Source: Clostridia bacterium
GTDB lineage: Bacteria > Bacillota > Clostridia > Oscillospirales > CAG-272
Length of the DNA: 64,000 nt
NCBI GenBank assembly: GCA_017411805.1
Contig: JAFQPI010000005.1
Coordinates: forward strand, 1,538-65,537
Direction: 5' to 3'
Part shown: positions 7,055-15,782 of the stretch, piece by piece
Layout: each line of letters begins with the position of its first letter
Numbering within the stretch: position 1 is the stretch's first letter
Position numbers and translations under genes: made by a program
The notes under the pieces: model-generated
Seen by the model: only the letters and a program-made list of their open reading frames with translations
Told to the model about the DNA's origin: nothing
Databases searched by the model: none

Positions 7055-9280
7055 TTAATCCGAATATTTATCGGTAGCCACGATCTTCTCGCCGCGGATG
7101 ACCTTTCCGGCATCGTTTGCGATCTTCTGCGTAAAGCTGCGAAGCACGCGGAATTCGCCCTCGCCGTCATTTACGGTGATCAAAGCCATACGCTCGGAAT
7201 AATTGTAATACTTGTATTCGTATACGGTGTCCTTATAGGAAGTCTCAACCTTGATCCTTACGTCGTAATCATCGCGATGCTTAAGGATATTATCAAGCTC
7301 TTCCTCGGTAAGGCCGTTTACACCGTCATGAACGCTTCCGAGCTTGGATGCGTAGAGCAGCGCGCTGAAGAACTTACGGAAGTTCGACATGCCGTAGCGG
7401 AGATATTCCTTGACCAGAGTGCCCTCGGAGGTCAGGATACGGATCTTATCCGCGGAAACGTATACCTGATATCCCTCGACGTCGATATAACCCACAAGGA
7501 CTACGACCTCTTGACCGAGCGAGTTTGTCTCGTACTTTCCGCCCGTGATGCTTACCTTGTCGCCCGCGCTGTTATAAGCCTTTACCGTCTCGTGGTCGAT
7601 GACCCACTTGAATCCCGACTTATCGGTTACGGTAAGCTCGGAGATCGCCTCCATCTTGTTGCCGTTTGAATCGCTGGCGATAATGGACATCTTATCCGAG
7701 ATGATGGTGCCCTTCTTCTTAGCCTCCTCGGAGCAATTCTTGTTTGTCACCGAATCGGAAAGAGAGTTATCGAGCAGGAAGGTATAAAGAACGCCGTTGT
7801 ACTCAACCTCTATCTTGGTTGCCCAAGCAAGGTTCATGGAGAAATAGAGATCGTCAACCCAATCGTTCTTAGTATAATTAAGGAAGGAAAGCTGCGAGCG
7901 GTCTACCTCAACTATGATATCATAGAGGCCGGAGGTCATATATCTTGTGCCCTCCTCGGTCTCCTCGCTGATGAGGATCAGATGCTCGTATTCGTCCAGG
8001 AATTTGAAATAGATAACGTACTCGGGTTCAACAAGACCGTATTTTTCCAGATCCTCATCTTCAACGCCGAGCTTGACTACGCCTTTGGGAGATAGCATAT
8101 AGAAGGACTGCAGACAGGTATCTATCGAGCCGTCGTTCGCAACGTATCCCTCGGGGTAGGAAAGAACGTAGGGCGTGTTGGCATAGAAGGTGCCGGTTCT
8201 CTCGTCAAGATCCCAATAGGTAAAGGATACGATGGGATCAAGATTGAGCTTTTCAAGCTCCTCGTCCGTTATATCCTCGGGGATCTCGTTGAAGGTCGCG
8301 CCGTCCCAGATGGTGAAGGTCTGAACGTCGAAATAGTTGTTCATCTCCATCGGATACGTCACAAGGGGAGTGACGAAGGTCTCGATCGGAACGTGAAGAA
8401 CGCTTTCGATGCTGTCATAGGTCTTGCCGTCGTACATACCGAGCATAGAGCCGTCTATGCTGTAGTTCATAACGTAAACGGCGTCTCTTTCGGGCAGCTT
8501 GACATAGTAGCCTGTGCGCGAGGGAACCGCATCGCCGACGTAAACGGTATGAGAATTACCGTTGAGATCTGTAATTCTGTACCAATTGGGCTCGTAATTA
8601 TATTCCTTGCCCTCCTCGTCCACTCTTACCTCGGGTGCCAGACCGTACTCGGTATAGAGACCGTTTTCGTCCTTGATGGGATCGGGGATCTTACGTGTCG
8701 AAAGCGAGTATCCGCAGGAGACCGCAAGAGACGAGAACATTACCTGTGAATATGGTGTGCCCTCAAATCCCTCGATCTGGAAATCGCCGTCCTTATCAAC
8801 GTAGAAAACGAAGGCACCGTGCTCGTTATGAACCTCGATCTTTTCGATGTCAGCCTGCTTGATCTGCTTGAACATCTGAATTCGGTTCGCGATACCGACC
8901 TCCTCGCCCTCGACCGTGTCAACCACAGAGTAGACCGAGTTTACACCCGTCTCATGGTCAACCTCGACCTCAGTTCCGAGCTCGGTAACGTAGATATAAA
9001 TATTTTTGCTTGTGTCCGCAGAGACCGAAAGCTCGAGCGTATCGCCTTTCTTATCGCACATGACGTAGATGCCGTTCTTCTGCTTGATGACGTATTCGGT
9101 TCCATCGTAATCCTCAAAATAAATGAGGTTTACGATGTAGTCAACAACGCAGAAAGCAACGATGAGAAGAACGATAACTATCGCCAGAGCGATGATCCAG
9201 TTTCTCTGCATCTTTGCCACCGAGCGTCGGCGGACGAGCTTTACGGGGCTCTCGTTCATTACCTTGCGATCGTTTGTCAT
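7055..9280 (-). CDS. large N-terminally anchored extracytoplasmic protein (DUF4340-like), last gene of the ABC operon
   Basis: 741 aa with one N-terminal TM helix (WIIALAIVIVLLIVAFCVV). ATGA overlap with the upstream GldG-like gene. Position matches the common ATPase / ABC-2 permease / GldG-like / DUF4340 operon layout. Confidence 0.5.
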   Translation of the reverse strand: MTNDRKVMNESPVKLVRRRSVAKMQRNWIIALAIVIVLLIVAFCVVDYIVNLIYFEDYDGTEYVIKQKNGIYVMCDKKGDTLELSVSADTSKNIYIYVTELGTEVEVDHETGVNSVYSVVDTVEGEEVGIANRIQMFKQIKQADIEKIEVHNEHGAFVFYVDKDGDFQIEGFEGTPYSQVMFSSLAVSCGYSLSTRKIPDPIKDENGLYTEYGLAPEVRVDEEGKEYNYEPNWYRITDLNGNSHTVYVGDAVPSRTGYYVKLPERDAVYVMNYSIDGSMLGMYDGKTYDSIESVLHVPIETFVTPLVTYPMEMNNYFDVQTFTIWDGATFNEIPEDITDEELEKLNLDPIVSFTYWDLDERTGTFYANTPYVLSYPEGYVANDGSIDTCLQSFYMLSPKGVVKLGVEDEDLEKYGLVEPEYVIYFKFLDEYEHLILISEETEEGTRYMTSGLYDIIVEVDRSQLSFLNYTKNDWVDDLYFSMNLAWATKIEVEYNGVLYTFLLDNSLSDSVTNKNCSEEAKKKGTIISDKMSIIASDSNGNKMEAISELTVTDKSGFKWVIDHETVKAYNSAGDKVSITGGKYETNSLGQEVVVLVGYIDVEGYQVYVSADKIRILTSEGTLVKEYLRYGMSNFRKFFSALLYASKLGSVHDGVNGLTEEELDNILKHRDDYDVRIKVETSYKDTVYEYKYYNYSERMALITVNDGEGEFRVLRSFTQKIANDAGKVIRGEKIVATDKYSD

Positions 9281-10869
9281 GCGTATTTTCTCCTTACAAG
9301 AACGTAAACGCCCGCGATCGCAGTAATAAGAGTGGGGATAACTATGAGAGCGATGGTGTATCTGTTAGCCTGAGCTGTGGTCAAAGTCTCGATATCCGTA
9401 GAAGCGAAGGGCTTGAGCTTAAGTCCGACGGGAACGAATTCGCGTCCTGTAGCGCGCAGAGAGCTGAGCATCAGGTCGGTGTTGCCGTAGGTGTTTGAGA
9501 GCAGAAGAGTGCTCGAAAGGAAATCCGTCGAGCCGCAAGCAAGAACGTAGGAGTAATCCTCATTCTCGTTGTCAACCATTCTCGATTCGCGTGTGACAGT
9601 CATAAGCTTGAAGGGATCCTTAGCGTTTGCCTGTCCGACGACCTTTGTATCAACAACTGCGGTTGCCGTTGCGGGAGAAAGGAAGATATCGTACATCTCG
9701 CGCGAGATACCGTCGTTGTAATAGTAACCGTAATCGAACTGATAGGAAGGATCCTCCTCGTCGGTGTAGGTCGATTTCTCGTACATATCCGAGTAGGAGA
9801 TGCCCATTGTATTCTTGAAGATTACCTTGGGAGGATAGGTGGTGCGCATGTCGCTGTGGAGAGATGCGCCGAGGCCGTAGGTCGCGTATGCGCCGACAAC
9901 GGTCATGCCGTCCTCGGTAAGCGAGTTCTGATAGTCGCGAATAGTGGTGCCCTGAATTTTGCCGAGATTATCGGTGTGTCTGTCAAACTTGACGCCCCAT
10001 TCCTCAAGATACTCCTCAAGATTGGGAAGCAGAGGCGTGGTGGGGTTCATGAAGACCATGAGCGCGTTCGTTCCGTCAAGGAAGCGGTCAAGCTTCTCGA
10101 TCTCGGAGATCGTGGAAACGCCGTCGCTTACAAGGAAGTCGTCCTGCGGATCGTATACCATGATAAGGCGGCAATCCTCGGGGATCTCATCCTTCGCAAG
10201 GTCGAGCAGCTGCACCTTATATCCGCCGTCCTCAAGAAGCTGGAAGATATACTGTGTCTCCTGGAGCGCGGAATCGGTCATGAAGGGCTCGCCGTGATTG
10301 ACTGTGATGCAGGCGATGGGGGACTCTGCCTGAGTTACCGCAAGGATACCCGAAACGAACTTCTTCTCGCCGCTGTATGCCCAGGGAGTATCGGAAGCGG
10401 CGTCGTTGAAGGTGAACATCGACTTGAGTCTGTAAACGCGGAACTCGGTGCCCGAATAGATGATGATATCGCTGGCATAGATCGCGTCCTTGGAATTGTT
10501 CTTGAATCTATTGACAGCCGAGGGCTCGCGCCAGATATTTACGGTGTCAACGTGGACATAATCGTTCTTCTCTGCGAGTCCGAGAGCGGTCTTATATACC
10601 ATCTTGCTGTAATAATCGTCCTCAAGATTATCGGGATCGTCGCAGAAAAGGATATGAACATCCTTGTCCACGTTTTCAAGTGCCTGAACGGCAACGTCGG
10701 AAAGCGTATAGATCTCGTCGCGGGTGAGATCGGTGTACCAAAGATACTTGTCCGCAAGGAGCTTGAATACGCCGTTGAAAAGCATGACAGCCGCGATGAT
10801 AACGCAGGTCATGATAACGGAAAGGCTTCCGTACTTGAATTTACGGGAGGAGAAAGCAGAATTCTTCAT
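9277..10869 (-). CDS. GldG-like ABC-transporter auxiliary protein
   Basis: 530 aa with N- and C-terminal TM helices flanking a large external domain. Operon context follows an ABC-2 permease. Confidence 0.55.
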   Translation of the reverse strand: MKNSAFSSRKFKYGSLSVIMTCVIIAAVMLFNGVFKLLADKYLWYTDLTRDEIYTLSDVAVQALENVDKDVHILFCDDPDNLEDDYYSKMVYKTALGLAEKNDYVHVDTVNIWREPSAVNRFKNNSKDAIYASDIIIYSGTEFRVYRLKSMFTFNDAASDTPWAYSGEKKFVSGILAVTQAESPIACITVNHGEPFMTDSALQETQYIFQLLEDGGYKVQLLDLAKDEIPEDCRLIMVYDPQDDFLVSDGVSTISEIEKLDRFLDGTNALMVFMNPTTPLLPNLEEYLEEWGVKFDRHTDNLGKIQGTTIRDYQNSLTEDGMTVVGAYATYGLGASLHSDMRTTYPPKVIFKNTMGISYSDMYEKSTYTDEEDPSYQFDYGYYYNDGISREMYDIFLSPATATAVVDTKVVGQANAKDPFKLMTVTRESRMVDNENEDYSYVLACGSTDFLSSTLLLSNTYGNTDLMLSSLRATGREFVPVGLKLKPFASTDIETLTTAQANRYTIALIVIPTLITAIAGVYVLVRRKYA

Positions 10870-10891
10870 ATTTAGTTATCCTCACTTTCTC

Positions 10892-11659
10892 TTAAGCCCA
10901 ACGGCGGCGCTCATAAACGCGCACCGTAAGGTAAATGGCGATGAAGGTCACCGATACGTAGTAAAGCAGAGCCGACCAATCGAGGATTCCGTACTGGAAA
11001 TTCGAGAAGCGCGATACAACGCTGACCCAGTCGATAACGTAGCGGATGACGTAGTTATTGATAAGTCTTGTTCCCTCTTCCTCACTGCCGACGCTGTTTA
11101 CCATATTGAGAATAAGCATAACGGCAAGGACCGCGATGGTAACGACCGCCGCGGAGAGCTGATTTTCGGTCATAGAGGAAATGAGAATGCCGATCGCGAT
11201 GAATACCGCGCCAACGAGAAGCACGCCGATAAGCGAGCCGATGATCTCGGGGGTAACCGGACCGATGGTCTCACCGTCGCTCGCCTTAGTCTCCTGCGAG
11301 CCGATGACGTAAAGGGGGATGAGATTGATGCAGGAAACAGCCAGGCAGCCGCCAAAGATCGACATAGCCGCGAGGAATTTGCCCATGACCATGCCCGTGA
11401 TCGAGATCGGCGCGGTCAGGAGCATCTGCTCGGTTCTCATCTTGCGCTCCTCGGAGAAGGTCCTCATGGTGAGCAGCGGGATGATGATGATCATACAAAG
11501 TATGAGGAAGTAATAATAGGATGCGGTGTTGTAGGTATTGCTCTGGAGAGTGGTATAGCAGCAGAGACCTGCCGAAAGAGCCAGAAATACTCCGATAAAC
11601 ACATATCCCACCGGGTTGATGAAATATGAACGCATCTCCTTTTTATAAATTGCAAGCAT
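10892..11659 (-). CDS. ABC-2 type transporter permease
   Basis: 255 aa with 6 predicted TM helices and an MLAIYKKEMRSYFINPVGYVF N-terminus typical of ABC-2/GldF-like permeases. Confidence 0.65.
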   Translation of the reverse strand: MLAIYKKEMRSYFINPVGYVFIGVFLALSAGLCCYTTLQSNTYNTASYYYFLILCMIIIIPLLTMRTFSEERKMRTEQMLLTAPISITGMVMGKFLAAMSIFGGCLAVSCINLIPLYVIGSQETKASDGETIGPVTPEIIGSLIGVLLVGAVFIAIGILISSMTENQLSAAVVTIAVLAVMLILNMVNSVGSEEEGTRLINNYVIRYVIDWVSVVSRFSNFQYGILDWSALLYYVSVTFIAIYLTVRVYERRRWA

Positions 11660-11680
11660 TGCGTTTGGTTTTCCTTTCTT

Positions 11681-12829
11681 TTATTTCTTCTCTTCGGTCT
11701 TATCCTCGGAAGCAAAGGTGTCTTCCTTGATCGAATGATCCTCGTAGTAAGCCGAATCCGAGCTTTCCTCGTCATAGGAAGCGTTTTCCTGATCCTTTAC
11801 CGTCTTTTCAACGATACCGGCGGCAACTTCCTTCTCCTCGGCAGCTCTTACACCCTCGTAGCGGGACTTCTTCTTCGGTCTTTGAACGCCCTCGGGAGCT
11901 GTCTTATCGACAACGGCAATGAAGATATCCTCGATGCTCATGCCGAGAGCCTCCATACCGATGAGGGGCCATTTTCTTTCAGCCAGAGCCCAGAAGAGCT
12001 TCTTGCGGACGTCGATTCCGACCTCGCTCTCGATCATGTAGGTATAAGCGTCTCCGTCGCGAGCCGCAAGCACCTCAGCATAGCAGATGCCGGGAAGGTT
12101 GCGGAGCATTGCGAGAACGTCGCGCTGAGGACCGCTGATCTTGACGTTGAAGCGGCGGGTATTTTCGACGGCACGCGAGATATTCTCGGTCAGCTCGTTT
12201 GCCACGATCTTACCCTTGTTGATGATGACGATCCTGTCGCAGACCGCCTGGACCTCCTGCAGAATATGCGTCGAGAGGATGACGGTGTGCTCCTTACCGA
12301 GGGTACGGATAAGGTTTCTGATCTCGATGATCTGCTTGGGGTCGAGACCGATGGTCGGCTCGTCAAAGATGATGACGGGAGGGTTGCCGACGAGTGCCTG
12401 TGCGATGCCGACACGCTGCTTGTAGCCCTTCGAGAGGTTCTTGAGCATTCTCTTATAAACGTCCGTGATCTTGACGACCTCGCAGATCTCGCGTAGGTGC
12501 TTCTCCTTATTGAGCTTGCAGTTCTTGAGATCGTAAGCAAAGGAGAGATACTCTTCAACAGTCATATCGGGATAGAGGGGAGGCTGCTCGGGCAGGTAGC
12601 CGATCAGTCTCTTTGCATTCAGCGGGTCGTCGAGAATATCAACGCCGCCGATCTTGATCGAGCCCGAGGTGGAGGAGAGATAACCCGTGAGCATATTCAT
12701 CGTGGTACTCTTGCCCGCGCCGTTTGGACCGAGGAATCCGAGAACCTCGCCCTTAGCAACCTCAAAGCTGATATCATCCACGGCTGTAAAATTGCCGTAG
12801 TTCTTCACCAGGTGAGAAATTTTAATCAT
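11681..12829 (-). CDS. ABC transporter ATP-binding protein with acidic C-terminal tail
   Basis: Walker A GPNGAGKST, signature LSKGYKQR, Walker B IIFDEPTIGLD. Start chosen at MIKISHLVKNYG (AAAGGA RBS) rather than the track start at 12886. The last ~90 aa are a low-complexity Glu/Lys/Ser-rich tail. Confidence 0.85.
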   Translation of the reverse strand: MIKISHLVKNYGNFTAVDDISFEVAKGEVLGFLGPNGAGKSTTMNMLTGYLSSTSGSIKIGGVDILDDPLNAKRLIGYLPEQPPLYPDMTVEEYLSFAYDLKNCKLNKEKHLREICEVVKITDVYKRMLKNLSKGYKQRVGIAQALVGNPPVIIFDEPTIGLDPKQIIEIRNLIRTLGKEHTVILSTHILQEVQAVCDRIVIINKGKIVANELTENISRAVENTRRFNVKISGPQRDVLAMLRNLPGICYAEVLAARDGDAYTYMIESEVGIDVRKKLFWALAERKWPLIGMEALGMSIEDIFIAVVDKTAPEGVQRPKKKSRYEGVRAAEEKEVAAGIVEKTVKDQENASYDEESSDSAYYEDHSIKEDTFASEDKTEEKK

Positions 12830-13109
12830 TTCGGTGATCCTTTCAGTTTCCTTCCGATTATCATTATAATAATCGCATTTTAACACATCGTATAGTATAT
12901 CATAAATATATTAATTGTATATGAACATTACACAAAATCAAGATCATTTAAGGTGAAAAGTTGGTGATTTTTGTGTGATTTCTACATATTTTTATAATTG
13001 TTCGATGAGTTTGTGCATTTTTCTCGATCTGCATCTTTATCAGCGAAGCACTGCAGGTCATAAAGAACGTTATGCAGAAAACCCGACAAACAGATGCGCA
13101 ATCTCGAAC

Positions 13110-13158
13110 TCCCCTTCCCTGTTCAAGGGAAGGGGACGGGGGATGGGTCCCGATTTGA
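13110..13158 (+). repeat. hairpin / G-quadruplex element, copy 1
   Basis: Perfect 11-bp hairpin TCCCCTTCCCT-GTTCA-AGGGAAGGGGA. G-runs GGG-AA-GGGG-AC-GGGGG-AT-GGG at 13127-13147, then TCCCGATTTGAA. Confidence 0.75.
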
Positions 13159-13219
13159 ATTATGCAAAACTATAGCCGAAGACTATGTCCAAAAACATAA
13201 TTTGAGCAGAAACAAGGCA

Positions 13220-13268
13220 TCCCCCTCCCCGTTGAGGGGAGGGGGAGCGAGGGGGTGGGTCCCTATTG
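13220..13268 (+). repeat. hairpin / G-quadruplex element, copy 2
   Basis: Perfect 11-bp hairpin TCCCCCTCCCC-GTTGA-GGGGAGGGGGA. G-runs GGGG-A-GGGGG-AGCGA-GGGGG-T-GGG at 13236-13259, then TCCCTATTGAA. Confidence 0.75.
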
Positions 13269-13348
13269 AAGGCGCGCGATTTTTGCCATCCGTATAAAGA
13301 CAATTATTGCTATGCAGTGCAACCGAAACAGCTACACAAAATAATAAT

Positions 13349-13377
13349 TTGACTTTTCGCGCGATATATGGTATAAT
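13349..13377 (+). promoter_or_regulatory. sigma-A promoter of the CXXC / polyferredoxin operon
   Basis: TTGACT (13349-13354), 17-nt spacer, TGgTATAAT (13369-13377). Confidence 0.55.
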
Positions 13378-13420
13378 ATAGTGAATTATTATGTTATCGT
13401 TTCCGGAAGGAGTTTTTCAA

Positions 13421-14182
13421 ATGGATGAGAAAAAGCTTCGGCTTATACATACCGTGTGCGGATGCGTGATCTCCGCCGCGTTGATCGCGGCGGCAGTCTG
13501 TCTGATAATTTCCGCTTACACGATCTACAAATCGGGCGACTCGCCCTACACCCCCGAAAGCATCGGCGCGGAATACGCAAAGATCGCAGTTCCGCTCTGG
13601 ATCGCGATCGGCTCGATTTTCGCGGGAATTATACTCAACGTCGCGTTGCCTTTACCAAAAAGCAAGAATAAAGCACTCAAAGATCCCTTTATCAAGCTTC
13701 GTATCCTTCAAAAGAAGCTTCCCGAAGCGTCGATGACAGTCAAGATCAAACGCGAACGCGAATTCCGCAAGCTGATGAAGATCATCTGCGCCGTCCTCTG
13801 CCTTGCATCCTTTATCCCTGCAGTACTTCTTCTCACTTGGTTCGATCACTTCACGGTATCAAATCTGACAGTCGCTTTGCTCGAGACCGTACAGCTTCTT
13901 CTCGTAGGAGTGATCATCTCTGGAGTTCTCCTCTTCATCCTTTCCATACTTGAGAACAAGAGTGCCGAACGTGAAATCGAATGGTCAAAAATTGCTATTT
14001 CTTCAAGCGAAAAATCCGAAGAAAAAGCTCCTGAAAACAATGAAAACAAGATAAAGATCGCACGCCTCGTCCTCGTCGGAGTTGCCTGTGCCCTCATCGT
14101 CATCGGGCTCACTCAGGACGGTTTTTACGACGTTTTGCAGAAAGCGATCCGCATTTGCACCGAGTGCATCGGTCTCGGTTAA
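13421..14182 (+). CDS. membrane protein with C-terminal CXXC motif
   Basis: 253 aa from MDEKKLRL (AAGGAG RBS at 13407-13412). About 5 TM helices and a Glu/Lys-rich loop. The C-terminus IRICTECIGLG has CTEC at 14156-14167. Confidence 0.55.
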   Translation: MDEKKLRLIHTVCGCVISAALIAAAVCLIISAYTIYKSGDSPYTPESIGAEYAKIAVPLWIAIGSIFAGIILNVALPLPKSKNKALKDPFIKLRILQKKLPEASMTVKIKREREFRKLMKIICAVLCLASFIPAVLLLTWFDHFTVSNLTVALLETVQLLLVGVIISGVLLFILSILENKSAEREIEWSKIAISSSEKSEEKAPENNENKIKIARLVLVGVACALIVIGLTQDGFYDVLQKAIRICTECIGLG

Positions 14183-14194
14183 GGAGGTAGAATT

Positions 14195-15646
14195 ATGAAG
14201 ATTAAAGAATGGTTCGCCTCGCACAAGCCGACGAAGCGCCGCCTCATCCAGCTCTACGCCGCCCTTCTCTTCAACGCGAATCTCAAGGGTTTTGGCAACG
14301 GACGAATTTATCAGGGTCCCTTAAAGGGCATCTGCGCGCCCGGCATAAACTGTTATTCCTGCCCCGCGGCATCAGCGGCTTGTCCCCTCGGCTCTCTCCA
14401 GAATGCGCTGACCGCGGCAAACAAGTCGATCCCCTACTATATGGTCGGAATCATCCTCCTTTACGCGCTCCTTTTCGGACGCTGGATCTGCGGTTTTCTC
14501 TGCCCCTTCGGGCTCATCCAGGATCTTCTTTATAAGATCAAGACCCCGAAGATCAAGAAAAATCGACTGACAAAGATCCTCTCGAAGCTGAAATACGTCA
14601 TCCTTGCCGTTTTCGTCTTCGCACTGCCGCTGATCTACGCCTTCCGCGAGTTCGTCCTTCCCGCATTCTGCAAGTACATATGCCCCGCGGGAACGCTCGA
14701 GGGCGCGGTCGGACTTCTCTCCAACGAAAACAACGAGAACATGTTCTCGATGCTCGGCCCGCTCTTCACCTGGAAATTCTTCCTCCTTGTCGTATTCGTG
14801 ACAGGCGCGGTCTTCATTTACCGCTTTTTCTGCCGTTTCTTCTGCCCGCTCGGACTGATCTACGGTCTCTTCAACAAGATCTCCTTTGTCGGAGTGTCTG
14901 TTGACAAGGCAAAATGCACCGAATGCGGACGCTGTTACTCCGCCTGCAAGATGGATATCTCGAAGGTCGGCGACGTCGAGTGCATCCAATGCGGCGACTG
15001 TATTTCCGAGTGTCCGACCTCCGCGATCTACCGCCGAGGCCCGCGTTTCCTGATCGATCCGGGTACCCCCAACGGCAAGATCGGCGAGGAGACCGCAAAG
15101 AAAAACAGGATCGGCAAGCGAATCGTCGCCGCGATCCTCGCAGTTATTCTTGTCGGCGCGCTCGTTTACTACAACTTCATCGACAAGGCTCCCGAGGCAG
15201 TTACGGGTGCCGAGGTCGGACAAATGTGCCCCTCCGAGGAGATCCCGCTTTACAATTCGGATCAGACCTTCGGCTTCAGCGTGACCACGACCAACAGCAA
15301 AGTCAGAGTTATCAACTTCTGGGGCACCTGGTGCGGCCCCTGCGTTGCCGAGCTTCCGCACTTTGACGAGCTTGCAAGCGAGTATGAGGGAGAAGCCGTG
15401 TTTATCGCGATCCACTCGAGCTACGCGGGAGATACTGCGCTTGATTTCATCCTTGAAAACTACCCCGACTCGAAGATGCTCTTCGGTCAGGGCGACGAGA
15501 CAGACTCCTATTTCTACGCACTCGGCGGCGGCGACACCTGGCCGATGACGGTCGTTCTTGACGCTGACGGAATCATCACCGCGCGCTTTGACGGCTCTGT
15601 TGATTACGAAACGCTGAAGAGTGCTATCGAAGAAGCACTTAAATAA
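14195..15646 (+). CDS. NapH/MauN-like membrane polyferredoxin fused to a TlpA/ResA-like thioredoxin domain
   Basis: 483 aa. CYSCPAASAACP motif, TM helices, two 4Fe-4S motifs (CTECGRCYSAC and CIQCGDCISECP), a further TM helix, then WGTWCGPCVAELP (WCGPC at 15329-15343). AAGGAGG RBS. Confidence 0.7.
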   Translation: MKIKEWFASHKPTKRRLIQLYAALLFNANLKGFGNGRIYQGPLKGICAPGINCYSCPAASAACPLGSLQNALTAANKSIPYYMVGIILLYALLFGRWICGFLCPFGLIQDLLYKIKTPKIKKNRLTKILSKLKYVILAVFVFALPLIYAFREFVLPAFCKYICPAGTLEGAVGLLSNENNENMFSMLGPLFTWKFFLLVVFVTGAVFIYRFFCRFFCPLGLIYGLFNKISFVGVSVDKAKCTECGRCYSACKMDISKVGDVECIQCGDCISECPTSAIYRRGPRFLIDPGTPNGKIGEETAKKNRIGKRIVAAILAVILVGALVYYNFIDKAPEAVTGAEVGQMCPSEEIPLYNSDQTFGFSVTTTNSKVRVINFWGTWCGPCVAELPHFDELASEYEGEAVFIAIHSSYAGDTALDFILENYPDSKMLFGQGDETDSYFYALGGGDTWPMTVVLDADGIITARFDGSVDYETLKSAIEEALK

Positions 15647-15652
15647 AACAAT

Positions 15653-15747
15653 CCGCCAAAGGCGGAGTTAATGTTGCGCAAAGCGCAAGTTAATATCGCG
15701 CGATGCGCGAGTTAATGTTCGCCCGATGGGCGAAGTTAAAGGTTAAT
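15653..15747 (+). repeat. heptad/hairpin element E: tandem array of four hairpin units sharing an AGTTAAT linker
   Basis: TCCGCC-AAA-GGCGG AGTTAAT | GTTGCGC-AAA-GCGCA AGTTAAT | ATCGCGC-GAT-GCGCG AGTTAAT | GTTCGCCC-GAT-GGGCGA AGTTAAA GGTTAA. AGTT at 15667, 15689, 15711 and 15735 (period 22-24). Stem sequences differ but pairing is kept. Confidence 0.8.
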
Positions 15748-15782
15748 TTCCGAGCCGAAAGGCTCGGAAATTTTCATTTTTA
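15748..15782 (+). terminator. intrinsic terminator (terminal hairpin of element E)
   Basis: TTTCCGAGCC-GAAA-GGCTCGGAAA followed by TTTTCATTTTT. Confidence 0.75.

Noticed and set aside
12975-13297. ORFs 12975..13175 and 13094..13297 span the G-rich hairpin elements.
   Set aside because: There is no RBS. The Gly/Arg-rich translations derive from the G-runs. They lie in a divergent promoter region.
15653-15747. The tandem 22-nt hairpin units were considered as a possible mini-CRISPR array.
   Set aside because: Repeat-plus-spacer lengths are far too short (22 nt in total). The invariant part is only 7 nt. The units are hairpins rather than repeat/spacer pairs, and no cas genes or leader are present.
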